From NCBI GenBank assembly GCA_964016885.1, contig OZ024759.1, forward strand, positions 28,086,001-28,150,000: a stretch of DNA of 64,000 nucleotides. Direction: 5' to 3'. Numbering within the stretch: the first letter of the stretch is position 1; every line of letters begins with the position of its first letter. Source of the stretch: Eledone cirrhosa (lineage: Eukaryota). Below are positions 44,694 to 61,396 of the stretch, piece by piece. The notes beneath the pieces are model-generated. The model made no database searches. It was given only the letters and a program-made list of their open reading frames with translations, and was not told where the DNA came from. A program made the translations under genes and the position numbers.

Positions 44694-45454
44694 CACGAGT
44701 GTGCTTTGGAATATATTTGATAGCCATCTTGTAACTAATTCACTCAATGACGTCATAGTGAAATTTCAGAATCTACACACATACACGCCCATACAGACAC
44801 ACACACACAATTACATACACACGCCCATACAGACATACAAACACATATACAGGCACATGCACAAACACACAGACATATGCACAGAGACACACACATAGAC
44901 ACACATACGCACAGATATACAAACACATACACACATAAACACAATCATACAATCTCACGCATAGATGCACAGACGCGCGCATACACACACACACACACAT
45001 ACACACACACACACATATATACACACAGACATACGAACACACACACACGCATAGACCCAGTCACAGACATACAGGCACACGGACATCCAAAACACACACA
45101 CACACACAGACATACAGACACTAATATTCACACAGACACATTCAAATACACACATACACACACATTCAAATACACACATACACACACATTCAAATACACA
45201 CATACACACACATAAACACACACATGCACCCAGGCATACAAACATACACAGACAGATACGCGTATACGCACACATATTTCTATGATATTTGGTCAGCACT
45301 AATTTCTTCAGAACTGTCAATAGAAAGTTTCCAAAACATTTATCACATCTAAGATCAATTTACATACATGTTAGGAATAGTGGAATATACCTTATATATA
45401 CATATTCCTTTATTCCATCCATCAGTTGTTCAGTTGTTTCCTCTCTCTCACCCC

Positions 45455-45570
<116 letters not shown>

Positions 45571-45773
45571 TGTCTCATTTTCTTCAGCTATGTATATATG
45601 TCTGTGTGTTTGTGTGAGTGTATGTGTATATATATAGGTATATATATATATGTATATATATATACACATATGTAATGTATCTCCCTCTCTCTCTACATAT
45701 ATATATATATACATATATGTGTGTGTGTGTGAATATATATATATATATACATACGTATATATATATGTGTGTG

Positions 45774-45813
<40 letters not shown>

Positions 45814-45827
45814 CATATATATATATA

Positions 45828-45862
<35 letters not shown>

Positions 45863-45884
45863 TAAAACTATATATATTTATGTA

Positions 45885-45938
<54 letters not shown>

Positions 45939-46069
45939 CACACACAATCACACACATATATATGATATATATATATATTATATATATATATATACATATA
46001 TGTGTGTGATTGTGTCTGTATATATATATATATATTGATATATATATATATATATATACATATATGTGT

Positions 46070-46123
<54 letters not shown>

Positions 46124-46597
46124 GTGTGTGTATATGCTCTCTCTCAGCCCCCCCCTCTCCTCCTCAATCTCTTCTCTATATGTATATGTTGTGTTTCATT
46201 GCAAGACGCTCTCTATCGAAAATAGTTCTCCCATCATTAATGTGTAGGAAAATTTCTGCTAAATTTAACACAACTAATATATGTTGGGAAAAAGTTTACT
46301 TCATCGTTAAATCTTATCTAATATGTGTTTATGAATCTTCTATAGTCAGTCATTCTCCCCCCCCCCACTGGCTAGATGTCTATCATATTGAGTATATATG
46401 TATGTCAGGACACACGTATGTACGTACACACATACACATATTTACATACATTCATATATATATATATATACACACACATTCATACATATATACAGATATG
46501 CATACAGACATGCATGCACGCATACATTGATACATACATACATACTTACATACTTACATGCATACATAGATACATACACACACATATATATATATAT

Positions 46598-46648
<51 letters not shown>

Positions 46649-46649
<1 letters not shown>

Positions 46650-47552
46650 GAGGTGGGTCAGAAAAGTTCCAGGACTGATGTCACAAAAGATGTATTTCAA
46701 ACCCAAACTTCACACTTAGAGTTTTCTCCTTCAAAGTAATCCCCCTGGAGTTTAATGCACTTTTCCTTTTCTGCCACGCTTGCATGCACTCCTGGAAGGA
46801 TTCCTGCGGGATCCTCCGCAGTTCCGTCGTCACAGCCTTTTTGATGTCGCCCACGTCTTTAAAACGGGTCCCCTCCGGGTCGTACTCGAAAATCCTTGGC
46901 TCATCACCGGTGATGACTGTCCCTAGCAAGTCTGGTTCGGTTTCAAGACGCTCGAGGATGTCCTGGCACACTTGCATGAGTCGACCCTTCTGGTCATCGT
47001 TCAGCAGTTTTGGCACCATCTTCGCGCAGACTTTCCGCATGTCCAAATCTTCAGTGAGAATCTCCCAGACGCTATCCCGTTCATGCCCAGCTCATTTACC
47101 ATCAGTCGAACAGTCAGCCGACGATCGCTACGCACCATCTGCCTGACGCGCTCAACTTTGACCTCAGTCCTGGTTGTTGAGCGCCTTCCGCTCCTGGGGT
47201 GATCTTCCACGTCCTCGCGTCCTTCTTTAAACCACTCAAAAAACACGTGATCGTGACATCGTCTCATCTCCATACACTTGCTGCAGCAATCCCAGTGCTT
47301 CTGACGGAGTTTTCCCCAACCGTACCAGAAACTTCAAGTTTGTTCGTTGCTCTGTGTTCATTGCTTGACGACCTGAAACAGAGGACATATATATAAAATT
47401 ATGAAGAAAAAAGTTTGATCGCTGCAGAGAGCTAAGATTACAGTTACATACTCCAGGGGGATTATTTTGAAGGAGAAAACTCTTAGTGTGAAGTTTGGGT
47501 TTGAAATAAATCTTTTGTGACAGCAGTCTTGGAACTTTTCTGACACACCTCG
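46649..47552 (-). mobile_element. Non-autonomous mariner transposon, second copy
   Basis: TA flanks, about 100-bp TIRs, same YDPE|GTRF deletion junction, KMVPKLL and ITGDE motifs, frameshifts. Confidence 0.95.
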
Positions 47553-47745
47553 TATATAAACGAAAACGGGTTTGAAAAGCGTATATATACATAAAGAATC
47601 TTTATAACATATTTAAAAATTGATGTTAATATAATCCAATACGGAGAAAGTAGGCTTTGCTAAACATCAATGTTTGTACATATTATAAAGATCCTTTATA
47701 TATATACTTGGTGCGCTTTCCAAATACTTCATATTCCTTATATAA

Positions 47746-47845
<100 letters not shown>

Positions 47846-48237
47846 ATGTATGTAAAATCAATTTGAACGTCCGTATAATGCTTGTAAGCCATGACAGACA
47901 AGGAGAGGTAACTAACACCGCATAAAATGGTGAAAATCACGGACAAATATAAAGCAGCTAGTATTTCTGTTGATGAATATGTTCGTAGTTTCCATATACT
48001 CACTGAAAGGTCTTGTTTATAGATGGTAGCTCCTTTGCACTATATATATGTGTGTATATATGGTCCGGTAACTCCAGATATTGTCGTTGGGACACCGTAT
48101 CGACATACGGCGTTTCTTGGACATTTTAAGCCTGGCGGAGCCCATGTCTATCCAGATCTGTGTACAGCAGATTTCTTTGAGAGAAGGATGGAAAGTGAGA
48201 CAGAGGAGATAAAAAGTGAGAGAGATTTAGAAGAAGA

Positions 48238-48762
48238 ATCGACCCCAGTACTAGACTGGTACTTTTTTTTTATCAACCTCGAAAGGATGAAAGGCAAAGT
48301 TGACCTCGACAGGATTTGAACTCAGAGAGCATTCTATCCGACGTTCTAACCACTCTGTCAATTCGCCGCCTATCTTGGCAATAAATTGCATCTCTATTCT
48401 TGGCAGCTTCAAGATGGTAGTCTTTTGTTTTTAATATATATTGGAACCATACAAGACGTTGTTCATTTTCTAATTTTATCCATTAGACTTCGGTAATACG
48501 ACATATCCATAGCCGGAATGGCTAAAATAAATCAAAGATCGAGGAGGTGATGACATTATTAGGTCCGTGAAGGGGCGGTGGATTGTCAGTATCGGTAGAG
48601 AGTCGGACGCCATGCTTTGCAGCATAGTTACGTCCCTTTACGATCTGAGTTCAAATCCCGCCGAGGTTAACTTTGCCTTTCATCCTTACGGGGTCGATAA
48701 ATTAAAGTACCAGTAATGTACTGATTAATTGCTGGCCTTGTGCCAAAAGTAGAAACAATTAT
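48238..48762. mobile_element. Two SINE copies in opposite orientation (48238-48370 minus, old; 48574-48762 plus, young)
   Basis: A box, B box and body motif recognisable in both. Confidence 0.85.
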
Positions 48763-49020
48763 TAGTCTAACGAGGTTATACACTATCCTCTTTTCAGAGA
48801 CTGTGGGTGTAAATTTAGGATGAATTTGCTACTATTTCTAGCAGGTCAACTGATAGGGTACAAACATTCACGCTTGCTCCTGCTATATGTTTAGATTGCT
48901 TTTCACTTAGAGTGCTTGTCTAAAGAAATTTCCTGTTTTGTGATGCTTCGGCGACTGTTTGATATGGTTCGGGAGTTTTATGTCCTGATTTTAAAGAGAA
49001 AAAAATCCCTGCATTCGTTT

Positions 49021-49078
<58 letters not shown>

Positions 49079-49193
49079 ATATTTATTTATATTATATATT
49101 ATATATGTATATATATTGTATATTATATATATATATATATATGTATTTGTATACACACACACACAAACACCACACACACCACACATACAGACC

Positions 49194-49236
<43 letters not shown>

Positions 49237-49363
49237 ATATGTGTGTGTGTGTGTGTGTGTGCATATATATGTATATATGTATGAATGTATGGATATATAA
49301 ATTGGTGGTCTTGTTCTTCGTTAAGATTCCTTGCTTAAACTTTAATCTGTTATTTTAATAAAT

Positions 49364-49530
<167 letters not shown>

Positions 49531-49597
49531 TATATATATATTTCGTTTCTGAATTTGTTTAGCAAGATTCTTTATCTGAAATCGTGTGTTGAAACCG

Positions 49598-49881
49598 ATA
49601 TTGTTATACTTTGGGAGGGTCATGTTGCCAATAAGAAACACACGCACCAGTTGCTTTCACTTCAGTTTAATTTATTAAATATTTATAAATTTACAAATTT
49701 ATAAATTTCTGGAACTATGACTATATATATATAAACAACTATCTGGTTGTGGAACCAACCAACCAACCAGAAATTTATAAATTTGTAAATTTATAAATAT
49801 TTAATAAATTAAACTGAAGTGAAAGCAACTGGTGCGTGTGTTTCTTATTGGCAACATGACCCTCCCAAAGTATAACAATAT
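49598..49881. mobile_element. Fold-back with about 115-bp arms; terminal family shared with 3263 and about 57650-57730
   Basis: ATTGTTATACTTTGGGAGGGTCATG... and its reverse complement ...CATGACCCTCCCAAAGTATAACAAT. Confidence 0.85.
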
Positions 49882-50255
49882 ATATATATATATATATATA
49901 TATTTACGTATATATTATTATTATTGTTGTTGTTTTTATTTACAAATTCTCCGTGGGATTGATTAATTGAATTGACACTGAAATCGTAATGCGTGCAATA
50001 TTTTATATTACTATTGGGACTCGTTAACGAACATTACTGAAGTGGTGTGTATGTATGTAGGTATATGTGTATGTGTGTGTGTATGTATGTAGGTATTTAT
50101 GTGTGTGTGTATGTGTGTGTATGCCTGTATGTATGTACGCATGCATGTATATGTATGTATGCATGTTAATTATGTGTACGTGTGTATGTCTAAATGTATG
50201 TATGTGTGTATATATATGCTTGTGTGCCTATATATATATATATATACATATAATG

Positions 50256-50293
<38 letters not shown>

Positions 50294-50351
50294 GTATGTA
50301 TATATATATATATATTATGTATGTATCTATGTATATATATTTTTTATGTAA

Positions 50352-50414
<63 letters not shown>

Positions 50415-50471
50415 CGAACACAGAAGCTCACATCCACACACATGTATGAAATATCACTATATACGTTCTCA

Positions 50472-50523
<52 letters not shown>

Positions 50524-50688
50524 AACACATACATGTGAGAGTGAAAGAGAAAGAGAGGTGGGTGTAGAGATGTGTAAGAGTTCTAGGATGTTCCACCATC
50601 TGACCAGCTGTCACAGTTTTAAAGAATTAATGGGATGAATTCAATTAATCAATTAATATAGAGATAGACTCACAAACAAACACACACG

Positions 50689-50772
<84 letters not shown>

Positions 50773-50841
50773 CATGTGTATATATAGGTGCGTATATTTA
50801 TGTATATATACATATATATTAGTATATATAATTATATATAA

Positions 50842-50902
<61 letters not shown>

Positions 50903-50965
50903 TATATTTACACATTAATATATATATATATATATATACACATTAATATATATATATATACACAT

Positions 50966-51007
<42 letters not shown>

Positions 51008-51578
51008 TATATCTAATGTCTTTATGAAATATTTATTGTCTTTAGCTATTAGATATAATAATTTACACATACATGTGTATATATATGTGTGTGTGTGTGT
51101 GTGAATTAATGACATAAATTCAATTAATCAACACACACACACATATATCCACACACACGTATACATACACATATATTATGTGGCTGTAATATACACACAC
51201 ATACACACACACACACATACACGCTCAATTAGAGTCACACATTTCACTGAGTTGCTGTTAAACCCAGTTTATACAGTTGTCTTTAGATTCGTCTGTCAAC
51301 ATAAATTTATTTCAATAATGAATTTATTGCTTAGCAAGAACAACACGATCACAGATAGTGGCCTTGAATGACATTAATGATTGATTGATACCGTAATATA
51401 TTACTGGTATCTCCTTTACATCATACGATACTGCACTTTACGAAATTTATGGCCACGTTCGATAAACCATTTCACGATGTGTTACGTTTCAATAAGATGT
51501 GTGATTCTTACGGTTGGAATATTGGATTCAACTTAACATATACATACATACACACACAGATGCTCTCACACACACACT

Positions 51579-51606
<28 letters not shown>

Positions 51607-51609
<3 letters not shown>

Positions 51610-51745
51610 TCATTAGTTAAGCAAAACAAGTCCACAAATTTCACAAGGAAGACATTATTAAAAGATTGTCAACATATGTTGACAATCTTTTAATAATGTC
51701 TTCCTTGTGAAATTTGTGGTCTTGTTTTGGTTAACTAATGAATAT
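51607..51745. repeat. Near-perfect ~140-bp palindrome; single arm repeated at 52802-52868
   Basis: Centre TGTCAACATATGTTGACA. Confidence 0.85.
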
Positions 51746-51920
51746 TTCCAGCTCTGCGCACCTAACCTCTGCATGAACCCAGCCACATAGCTGCTTTCTA
51801 CTGCATATTGCACATTGAGCACATGCCTTTACGCTTTGGCTTCTAACTAATTCACCAATCTCTCCTCTCATATCTCCTCTACTATCTCCATCTCTCTCTT
51901 TAAGATTGGTTACTCTTGAA

Positions 51921-52040
<120 letters not shown>

Positions 52041-52045
52041 ACGTG

Positions 52046-52170
52046 AAGGCGCTTGGCTGTGTGGTTAGAGGATAAGATATGCAATTGTGAGGTTGTGATT
52101 TTGATTCCTGGACCGGGCGATGCGTTATGTCCTTGAGCAAGACACTTCATTTCATGTTGCTCCTTCTGCC
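52046..52170 (+). mobile_element. Second tRNA-derived SINE family (V/CORE-like body)
   Basis: TGGCTGTGTGGTTAGA A-box-like, TTTGATTCC B-box-like, GTCCTTGAGCAAGACACTT. Confidence 0.65.
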
Positions 52171-52254
52171 TGGATTTGCGGTCGACAGGTAGTATTAGCA
52201 ATCGGAAAAACCAATGGAAACATTGTTTCTTCAATCCGATTTGAAGAGCTACAT

Positions 52255-52314
<60 letters not shown>

Positions 52315-52439
52315 ATAGATATGTTTATCCCGGGTTCTTTCTGGAGATTTCTTGCGAATAAAACAGTTCTAGTCCTGTAAAAGCCATTTCTATATTCAAT
52401 ATATATATATATATATTATGTATATATATATATATATAT

Positions 52440-52491
<52 letters not shown>

Positions 52492-52527
52492 GTATATATA
52501 TATATTTATATATATATATATATATTT

Positions 52528-52760
52528 ATTTATTAAAATACCAGATTGAAGTTTAAGCAAAAAATCGCTGCTTTCACCCTTAACGGGATCTTCTGTTTCA
52601 GAAGATCCCGTTAAGGGTGGAAGCAGCGATTCTTTGCTTAAACTTCAATCTGTTATTTTAATAAATATTTGCTCTACGGTTCTTATATATTTGATACATA
52701 TATTCATCCTTATCGAGTCCTCTTTGGATTTAAGTCTTCAAATTTATTATTATTACTACT
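52528..52760. mobile_element. Fold-back of the CAGAAGA-HHR family plus 3' tail
   Basis: Arms 52528-52595 and 52599-52666, 3-nt loop; tail TCCTTATCGAGTCCTCTTTGGATTT also near 15820, 30004 and 36615. Confidence 0.85.
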
Positions 52761-52761
52761 A

Positions 52762-52807
<46 letters not shown>

Positions 52808-53198
52808 TTAGTTAAGAAAAACAAGACCACAAACTTCACAAGGAAGACATTATTAAACGATTGTCAATATATTTTAGTTTGATGTAAGGGATGTAAGAAT
52901 AATAATAATAATATTAATAATAATAATGTCCGTTTACAATTGTTTCGCTTCTCCATATAATATTTCTGGATCAAATGACTATATATCATAATTGATCTGG
53001 TTCAGTTGAAAATAATTAACATATTTAAAAAACAGAGTGGCTCATCGGAACTCAAAGGAATATAAATTAAAATAATGGGATAATGTTACATAATATAATG
53101 TTCCATATATTGGTTTTTACTATGGTGTCTTGGTTGCATCAGCTGTCAGCCATAATCAAGCAGTATTCATCTGTCGAGGCTGCATTGTGTGAGATCCG

Positions 53199-53340
<142 letters not shown>

Positions 53341-53464
53341 ATTTCGATATATATTTGTATAGGTTTCTTTTATAATTTCCCATATAACTAAAATGAATGA
53401 TGTGACACGGCGTTAGGTAATATTTAGCAGTTAGTTTAGGAATCACTCCACCGACATAACTCAC

Positions 53465-53492
53465 CATTTCATTGTATTAATAATACAATTGT
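53465..53492 (-). other. Candidate 28-nt exon, possibly containing a start codon
   Basis: ATATTTCTATAG|ACAATTG...ATGAAATG|GTGAGT. Confidence 0.35.
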
Positions 53493-53706
53493 CTATAGAA
53501 ATATTACTTCTTATGAATACCATAATTGCAGTTCTCTCTTCCATAGACAACAATGACGATAACCAGGATTGTAGTCTTATGTCCAGACTTTTGGACCACC
53601 ACAGCAATATATGGCTGTGTGTATGTGTTTATGTTTGTGTGAAAGTGTTGTATATAACCATTTATTAATCTGTTTATATATGTAACGCCCCTGTGGCAAA
53701 TAAAGA

Positions 53707-53752
<46 letters not shown>

Positions 53753-53796
53753 CTTATCCCTCTGTCTATGCATGTTTATGTGTACCTATGTAAGTA

Positions 53797-53863
<67 letters not shown>

Positions 53864-53920
53864 TAATGTGTGTGTATATATATATATATATGTATATATA
53901 TACATATATATATATACATA

Positions 53921-53975
<55 letters not shown>

Positions 53976-54062
53976 ATGAGTGTGGCTGTGTGTGTATGAG
54001 TGTGGCTGTGTGTGTATGTGTATGTGTGTGGCTGTGAGTGTGTGTGTGTGTGTGTGTGTGGC

Positions 54063-54152
<90 letters not shown>

Positions 54153-54556
54153 TGTGGCTGTGTGTGTATGAGTATATGTGTATTTGTGAAGATTCTTCCT
54201 TGCTTTATTTCGTTACGTTATATTCGGAAATCTAACCGAAAATTATCTAAATTATACCCCATACGAGAACAATGGAGTTATAGCAGCGATACGGAGAGGC
54301 CTGAGAATTAGACAGAGTCTGAGAGATAGGGAGAGAGCCTGAGAATTAGACAGAGTCAGTGGAATATGGAGAGCAAGAAAGATACTCAGAGACAGACATT
54401 CTATATAATGCATTCATTGCAAATAAACCCGACGAGAGTCTCTCGATGCTGGCGTCTATTTATTGTTAATGCTTCCTGTTTGATTACAATCCTAGTTCTT
54501 CACCACATCAAATCTTTCGCTCTGCTCTGCTCATATATAAATACAAAATATGCATA

Positions 54557-54621
<65 letters not shown>

Positions 54622-55200
54622 ATATATATAGATAGATAGGTGTTCGTATGTATGTATGTATGTATATATATATATATATAAATATATATATATATATGTG
54701 TGTGTATATAATAGACAGTGGGTTATCATCAATGGATTAACAATTATGTATCGTTATCAATGATACAAGCATACATTGAGGTTTAACAAGCAATGCAATA
54801 TAAATGTTTGAGTCAGAGATATAGATTAGAAAGAGCAAAGGTTAATATGAGGTTGGCGAATAGCTGTCTATAGATGATATTCATAGCAGAGTAACACTGG
54901 ACAAATTAACTAATGTTGTATTAACTCTGTTTAATAGCAGCAGCTTGACGTAACGTGATTGAGAAATACATGAAAGCACTATGTGTGTATGTATGTGTGT
55001 ATGCATGGGAGTATGCGTTTATGTATGTATGTGTGTGTGTGTGTGGGTATGTGTATGTGTGTATGAATATATGTATGTAAGTATGGGTGTATAATTGTAT
55101 TGTTGTATGCATGCATGTATTTATGTTTGTCTGCATGTTTGTATATATACTAGTATGAACATATATGAATGTGCCTATGCATATATACATAGACACGTGC

Positions 55201-55303
<103 letters not shown>

Positions 55304-55352
55304 TATATATATATATATATACATATACATACATATATATATATATGTATAT

Positions 55353-55383
<31 letters not shown>

Positions 55384-55439
55384 TATATACATATATATAT
55401 ATATATGTATATATATGTATATATATATGAATATATATG

Positions 55440-55472
<33 letters not shown>

Positions 55473-55477
55473 GCATA

Positions 55478-55523
<46 letters not shown>

Positions 55524-55609
55524 TATATATGTATATATATAAGCATATATATGTATATATATAAGCATATATATGTATATATATATATATATGCATGTGT
55601 CTATATGTA

Positions 55610-55699
<90 letters not shown>

Positions 55700-55735
55700 T
55701 ATGTATATGTATATATATATATGTGTGTGTCTCTC

Positions 55736-55767
<32 letters not shown>

Positions 55768-55769
55768 TA

Positions 55770-55818
<49 letters not shown>

Positions 55819-55822
55819 GTGT

Positions 55823-55882
<60 letters not shown>

Positions 55883-55906
55883 TATGTATATGTATATATA
55901 TATATA

Positions 55907-55970
<64 letters not shown>

Positions 55971-56002
55971 TATGTATATGTATATATATATATGTGTGTG
56001 TC

Positions 56003-56033
<31 letters not shown>

Positions 56034-56178
56034 GTATGTCTCTCTCTATATATATGCATGTGTCTATATATATATATTTATATTCATGCATGTTGATATA
56101 CATAATATGTTTACGTATGTGTGTGAATGTATATAGGCATATGTATATGTATATATGTATGAATGTATTTAAGTATGC

Positions 56179-56580
56179 ACTCATATATGTGTCTATATAT
56201 GTGTATATATGTATACATATTCTCATATATGTGTATATATGTATACATATTCTCATATATGTGTATATATGTATACATATTCTCATATATGTGTATATAT
56301 GTATACATATTCTCATATATGTGTATATATGTATACATATTCTCATATATGTGTATATATGTATACATATTCTCATATATGTGTATATATGTATACATAT
56401 TCTCATATATGTGTATATATGTATACATATTCTCATATATGTGTATATATGTATACATATTCTCATATATGTGTATATATGTATACATATTCTCATATAT
56501 GTGTATATATGTATACATATTCTCATATATGTGTATATATGTATACATATTCTCATATATGTGTATATATGTATACATAT
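56179..56580. repeat. Near-perfect 30-bp tandem array, about 13 copies
   Basis: (TCTCATATATGTGTATATATGTATACATAT)n. Confidence 0.95.
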
Positions 56581-58860
56581 ACTAATATATATTATTGATA
56601 TCCACTTTATTGACTGTGAATTATTTGAGTTTACTGCCGGCGGCAAAAGGACTGTGGTGTAAATTGGTCTCAAAGGAAGAAGCGGAACCACAGAAGCATG
56701 GGGTAGAAACCTTTGGGTCTAGTTCTCTCAGTTGTTTCACTATTTTTATGAGATTCTGTCGATTTTATTTTCATTTGTTTAAAACATAAATACTCTTCCT
56801 TTTGACATCTTTCAACTTGCAGAAGCCATATTTATAACACAATGAAGACAACCGTTATTTATATCTCACTTCGATTTCTCTTTACTGACAACGTTCAGAA
56901 TGATTTTATTTTTTTTTCATCGTATCGCGCCATTTTCTATCTGATATTGTTGCTAGGTGAATAACACCACCACAGCGCCTTCTTCTTCTTCTTCTTCTTC
57001 TTCTTCTTCTTCTTCTTCTTCTTCTTCTTCTTCTTCTTCTTCTTGTAGTAGTAGTAGTATTAATAATATTGCTAGTGTTAATCTTCTCGCAGTCTACCCC
57101 TGTTTCCATGTGACATGCAATATAGCAGTAAATACGGGGTTTTCAAGAGTTTATACTTATATTTTTCCTGTGCAAGATGCGTTAAAGGAATTGACTGAAA
57201 GCAGACGACAGATGAAATATATTCAGAAAATCAAAAACAAAAACAAAGAAATCAATAAAGCAAAGAAACAAAATCAAATAAACATTCACATACATTTCAT
57301 ACACCAACAAATACAAACATAATTACATTTACGTACACACATATATATATATGTAAATAGATATGCATAAATAAATAGATATACATGTATATATATATGT
57401 GTGTATAAGGAAAATTTTATATAGAGAGATGTTGGAATTTGCTGTGAATTTTTTTTTCTGATGTATATTATACACGTAGCATAAATATACAGGGCAAACA
57501 TAAAGTCTTTGAAACCACAATACACACTGAGCCTTTTGTTTCGTAGATGCCTTTTTGTCACAAAAAATTACAACTATTTCCTGTAGATAAAATGTAAGAC
57601 ATGTTCAGAAAAACTTTAATCTTGAAATTTATAGATTTATAAAAAATTATTAATTTATGAAAATTTATAAATTTATAAAAAACGAAAAAGTGAAATGCAG
57701 GCGTGGTGTTGGCCCCAAACTACCAACACATACATCTATTTATATATACGCTACAATTTATGTACATGTTATGTTTATCGTATATCAAAGCTTTTTATAT
57801 CTTGGTTGGTATTTGATAATAACAGTGTAATATGTTAACCTTCATAGTATTTTTTTTTTGTCATATCATAACTTTTTCTCCCCATATCACTATTTGCTAG
57901 TATGTGTATTCAAAGACAGATTTCATAGGTCATTTTGCTATAATCACTTTATAATTATTGAAAGCTGGAAATGTATTATGGCCTGCTTAGACTCAAATTA
58001 CATTTTCTCGCCAATTTAGAGTGCAAAGAGCTAAACTAACCACTACAACTAAATTGAGCAAATTTGCACTACTACCCCAATTCAGAAATGCTTCCACAGC
58101 CCTCATAAACACCACGTGGAGATGTCTGAATGCTGTATTATTGTTTTTATCTGAGGTAGTCGACAAATTCCGTGAGGTTGATCACATTTGGAGAGGTCTG
58201 AATGCTGTATTTCTTGATTTGGGGTGGTAGATGTAATCTGTCTGTCATTTAGCAGACGATAGTCAAGAGAATGTAATCACTTCCTGTCTTACACCGTAGC
58301 CTCGAGGGGAGAGAGGGAGAAAGACAGAGGTGTTCACGCATGCGTAATGACGAAATTACAAATGGCCAAGTGAAAGGTTTACACCTTGTACCAACTGTAA
58401 GTATTAAAGTCCTTAATTACTTTAAATATTGTTTTACACAAAAGCTGGGAGATATTACAAGCTATCATGGACCTTTGGTGTCTTTAATAAGGTACATTCC
58501 TTTTTCAGGGAGAAGTTTTTAAATGAGCATAACATCTTGGTTCGTAGACGCTCGAGTCTTTGACAACTGTCAAAACCCAATTGTATTTTTTAAAATTATT
58601 ATTACACCCTATTTCCTCAACTATAATGACGATTTTATTTTTAATCGGCAGAGTCATTAGTTGATAGAATTTTGAGGATAAAATTTAGGTTTTTTTTTTT
58701 CAAATGTGTAGAAGAATACAAACTGACTATCACAAGAAAATTTGTATTTAACCCTCCCCCGTTCGGCATCCCATCGGTGATACGGACGTATTTGATGCAA
58801 GGAAGATTTTTATATGTTGATTAAAAAAAAACAAAACAAGTGCGTCTAATAGGCTGCAAA

Positions 58861-58975
58861 TAATTGTTTCTACATTTGGCACAAGGCCAGCAAATACCCA
58901 GTGTATTACTGGTACTTTATTTTATCGACCCCGAAAGGATGAAAGGCAAAGTTAACCTCGGCGCGATTTGAACTC
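58861..58975 (-). mobile_element. 5'-truncated SINE with 16-bp target-site duplication
   Basis: ATAGGCTGCAAATAAT at 58849-58864 and 58976-58991. Confidence 0.9.
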
Positions 58976-59154
58976 ATAGGCTGCAAATAATGAAAACTAA
59001 AAATGAAAACATTGGTTTCTGATTAAGGCCCAAGGCCGACTATTTTGAGGAAGGGTTGAGTCGATCAAATCGACGCCGTTGCATTACTAGTACTTTATTT
59101 TATCGACGCCGTATAGGAGTGGTGCAACTTGGCGAACCAGGTGGGGGTCATATG

Positions 59155-59194
<40 letters not shown>

Positions 59195-59509
59195 CAGCAT
59201 ATGGAGATATGTGTACCATTATATATTCTTCACTTTTTATAGCGAAACATACTCTAATTTGAGCGTGTCGGCATATTAGAGTTATAATTGGAAGGTTAGT
59301 ATACTTTGATATATTCTTTTAATTGATTTGTATTAACCATTCCTTCCGTAGTTAATATGTTCGTCACTCTGGTGGTTTTTAATCCCCTATGATTGAACAC
59401 ATATCTCTATGTGTACTTCTCTCTATATGATGATTTATAAATATTCCGGAATCTAATCCTTGAGCTCATTCAATTATCGAAGGATGAATGCGTGTCATTA
59501 ACTCCATCG

Positions 59510-59568
<59 letters not shown>

Positions 59569-59569
<1 letters not shown>

Positions 59570-59715
59570 TAAGGCGGGTAAAATTCCCGAGATCCGTGGA
59601 CGAGTTCTCTCCAGCGGTCTCTGTCCCTCATTATCGCTGCCATGTCCTGCATTTCCAACAGACCAGTGTCTGTCCTTAGGGCATCAACATACGTTAACCT
59701 TGGTCTTCCTCTTCT
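59569..59715 (-). pseudogene. 3' end of an RTE-clade LINE ORF
   Basis: RRGRPRLTYVDALRTDTGLLEMQDMAAIMRDRDRWRELV fits the RTE C-terminal RGRP...D....D.........DR..WR pattern; stop followed directly by (TA)n. Confidence 0.8.
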
Positions 59716-59810
59716 AGTGTATCCATATAGTGGGGAGGGGGGAGATGCACCTCCCCATGCATTGAGTACGTCAATAATTAGTTGTCTCCCCGGTCTCACC
59801 ACCGTAGTCT

Positions 59811-59886
<76 letters not shown>

Positions 59887-59893
<7 letters not shown>

Positions 59894-60170
59894 TGTAATA
59901 AACAACATAAGGCAATTATTCCATTTACCAGTGGTTTCTTAAAAGCAAAAAATGTTGCTTTCTATCATTAGAATGAAAAAATCCTGGTCAAATTCAATAA
60001 ACAGACCAGGATTTTTTCATTCTGATGATTGAAAGCAAAATTATTTGCTTTTAAGAAACCACTGGTAAATGGAATAATTGCCTTATGTTGTTTATTACAT
60101 AACTATTAAATTCTGTTACCTACATAGAGCACTCTTTTTTCCTGGACTTTTCCGACGGAATTACTTCATA
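59887..60170. mobile_element. Fold-back Penelope-like terminus; intact HHR on plus (60015-60074), G5-to-A mutant on minus
   Basis: TTTCATT-CTGATGA-TTGAAAGCAAA-atta-TTTGCTTTTAA-GAAA-CC-act-GG-TA|AATGGAA; arms 59887-59989 and 60004-60106; tail TACATAGAGCACTC. Confidence 0.88.
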
Positions 60171-60199
60171 TATATATATTATGTATATATATATGTATA

Positions 60200-60382
60200 T
60201 ATTAGAAAGTGAGGTTTTTTTTTACAAAATGAAAAATAACCGAGGTGTCCTACACGAGTGAAAGTATAAAGAAAAAGAGATGAAATCGAAAATGCAACTG
60301 GAGTCTTATTTTTTTTTTTAAATATATATATTTTTAAAAAAAATAAGACTCCAGTTGCATTTTCGATTTCATCTCTTTTTCT

Positions 60383-60390
<8 letters not shown>
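60200..60390. mobile_element. Penelope-like tail with fold-back
   Basis: 60265-60320 is the reverse complement of 60333-60387; same family as 11400-11520. Confidence 0.75.
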
Positions 60391-60413
<23 letters not shown>

Positions 60414-60414
60414 C

Positions 60415-60457
<43 letters not shown>

Positions 60458-60546
60458 TTTATACTACATATAAATATAATATAATATATACTGTATATAT
60501 ATATATATATATACATATACACACACATATATATATATATATATAT

Positions 60547-60710
<164 letters not shown>

Positions 60711-60717
60711 TTTTATA

Positions 60718-60769
<52 letters not shown>

Positions 60770-60780
60770 CATATATATAC

Positions 60781-60831
<51 letters not shown>

Positions 60832-60842
60832 CATATATATAC

Positions 60843-60877
<35 letters not shown>

Positions 60878-60898
60878 CATATATATACATATATATAC

Positions 60899-60929
<31 letters not shown>

Positions 60930-61038
60930 TATATATACATATATATACATATATATATGTATATATATATATATATATATACATATATATACATATATAT
61001 ATACATATATATATATACATATATATACATATATATAC

Positions 61039-61069
<31 letters not shown>

Positions 61070-61342
61070 CACACGAGATTTGGACAACTGTATGGTTTCT
61101 GTATCTATATGAAGGCTGTTTCATACTTTATGTGATAATTAAGAGAAATTATATGAAACTGCTAGAAGGGGGTTATGTAGAAATGGAAGATTATGTATGT
61201 AAGTAGAATAAGAAAAAGGTGCTAATATAATAACGAATCTACAAAATAAAGTAGGTTTTGTAAATGTTGTCTTGAAGGGGTAATGAAGAAATGTCTATAT
61301 CTATTATTGGGTGTAATGTAATTATATGAGGATATTCTCAGC

Positions 61343-61394
<52 letters not shown>

Positions 61395-61396
<2 letters not shown>

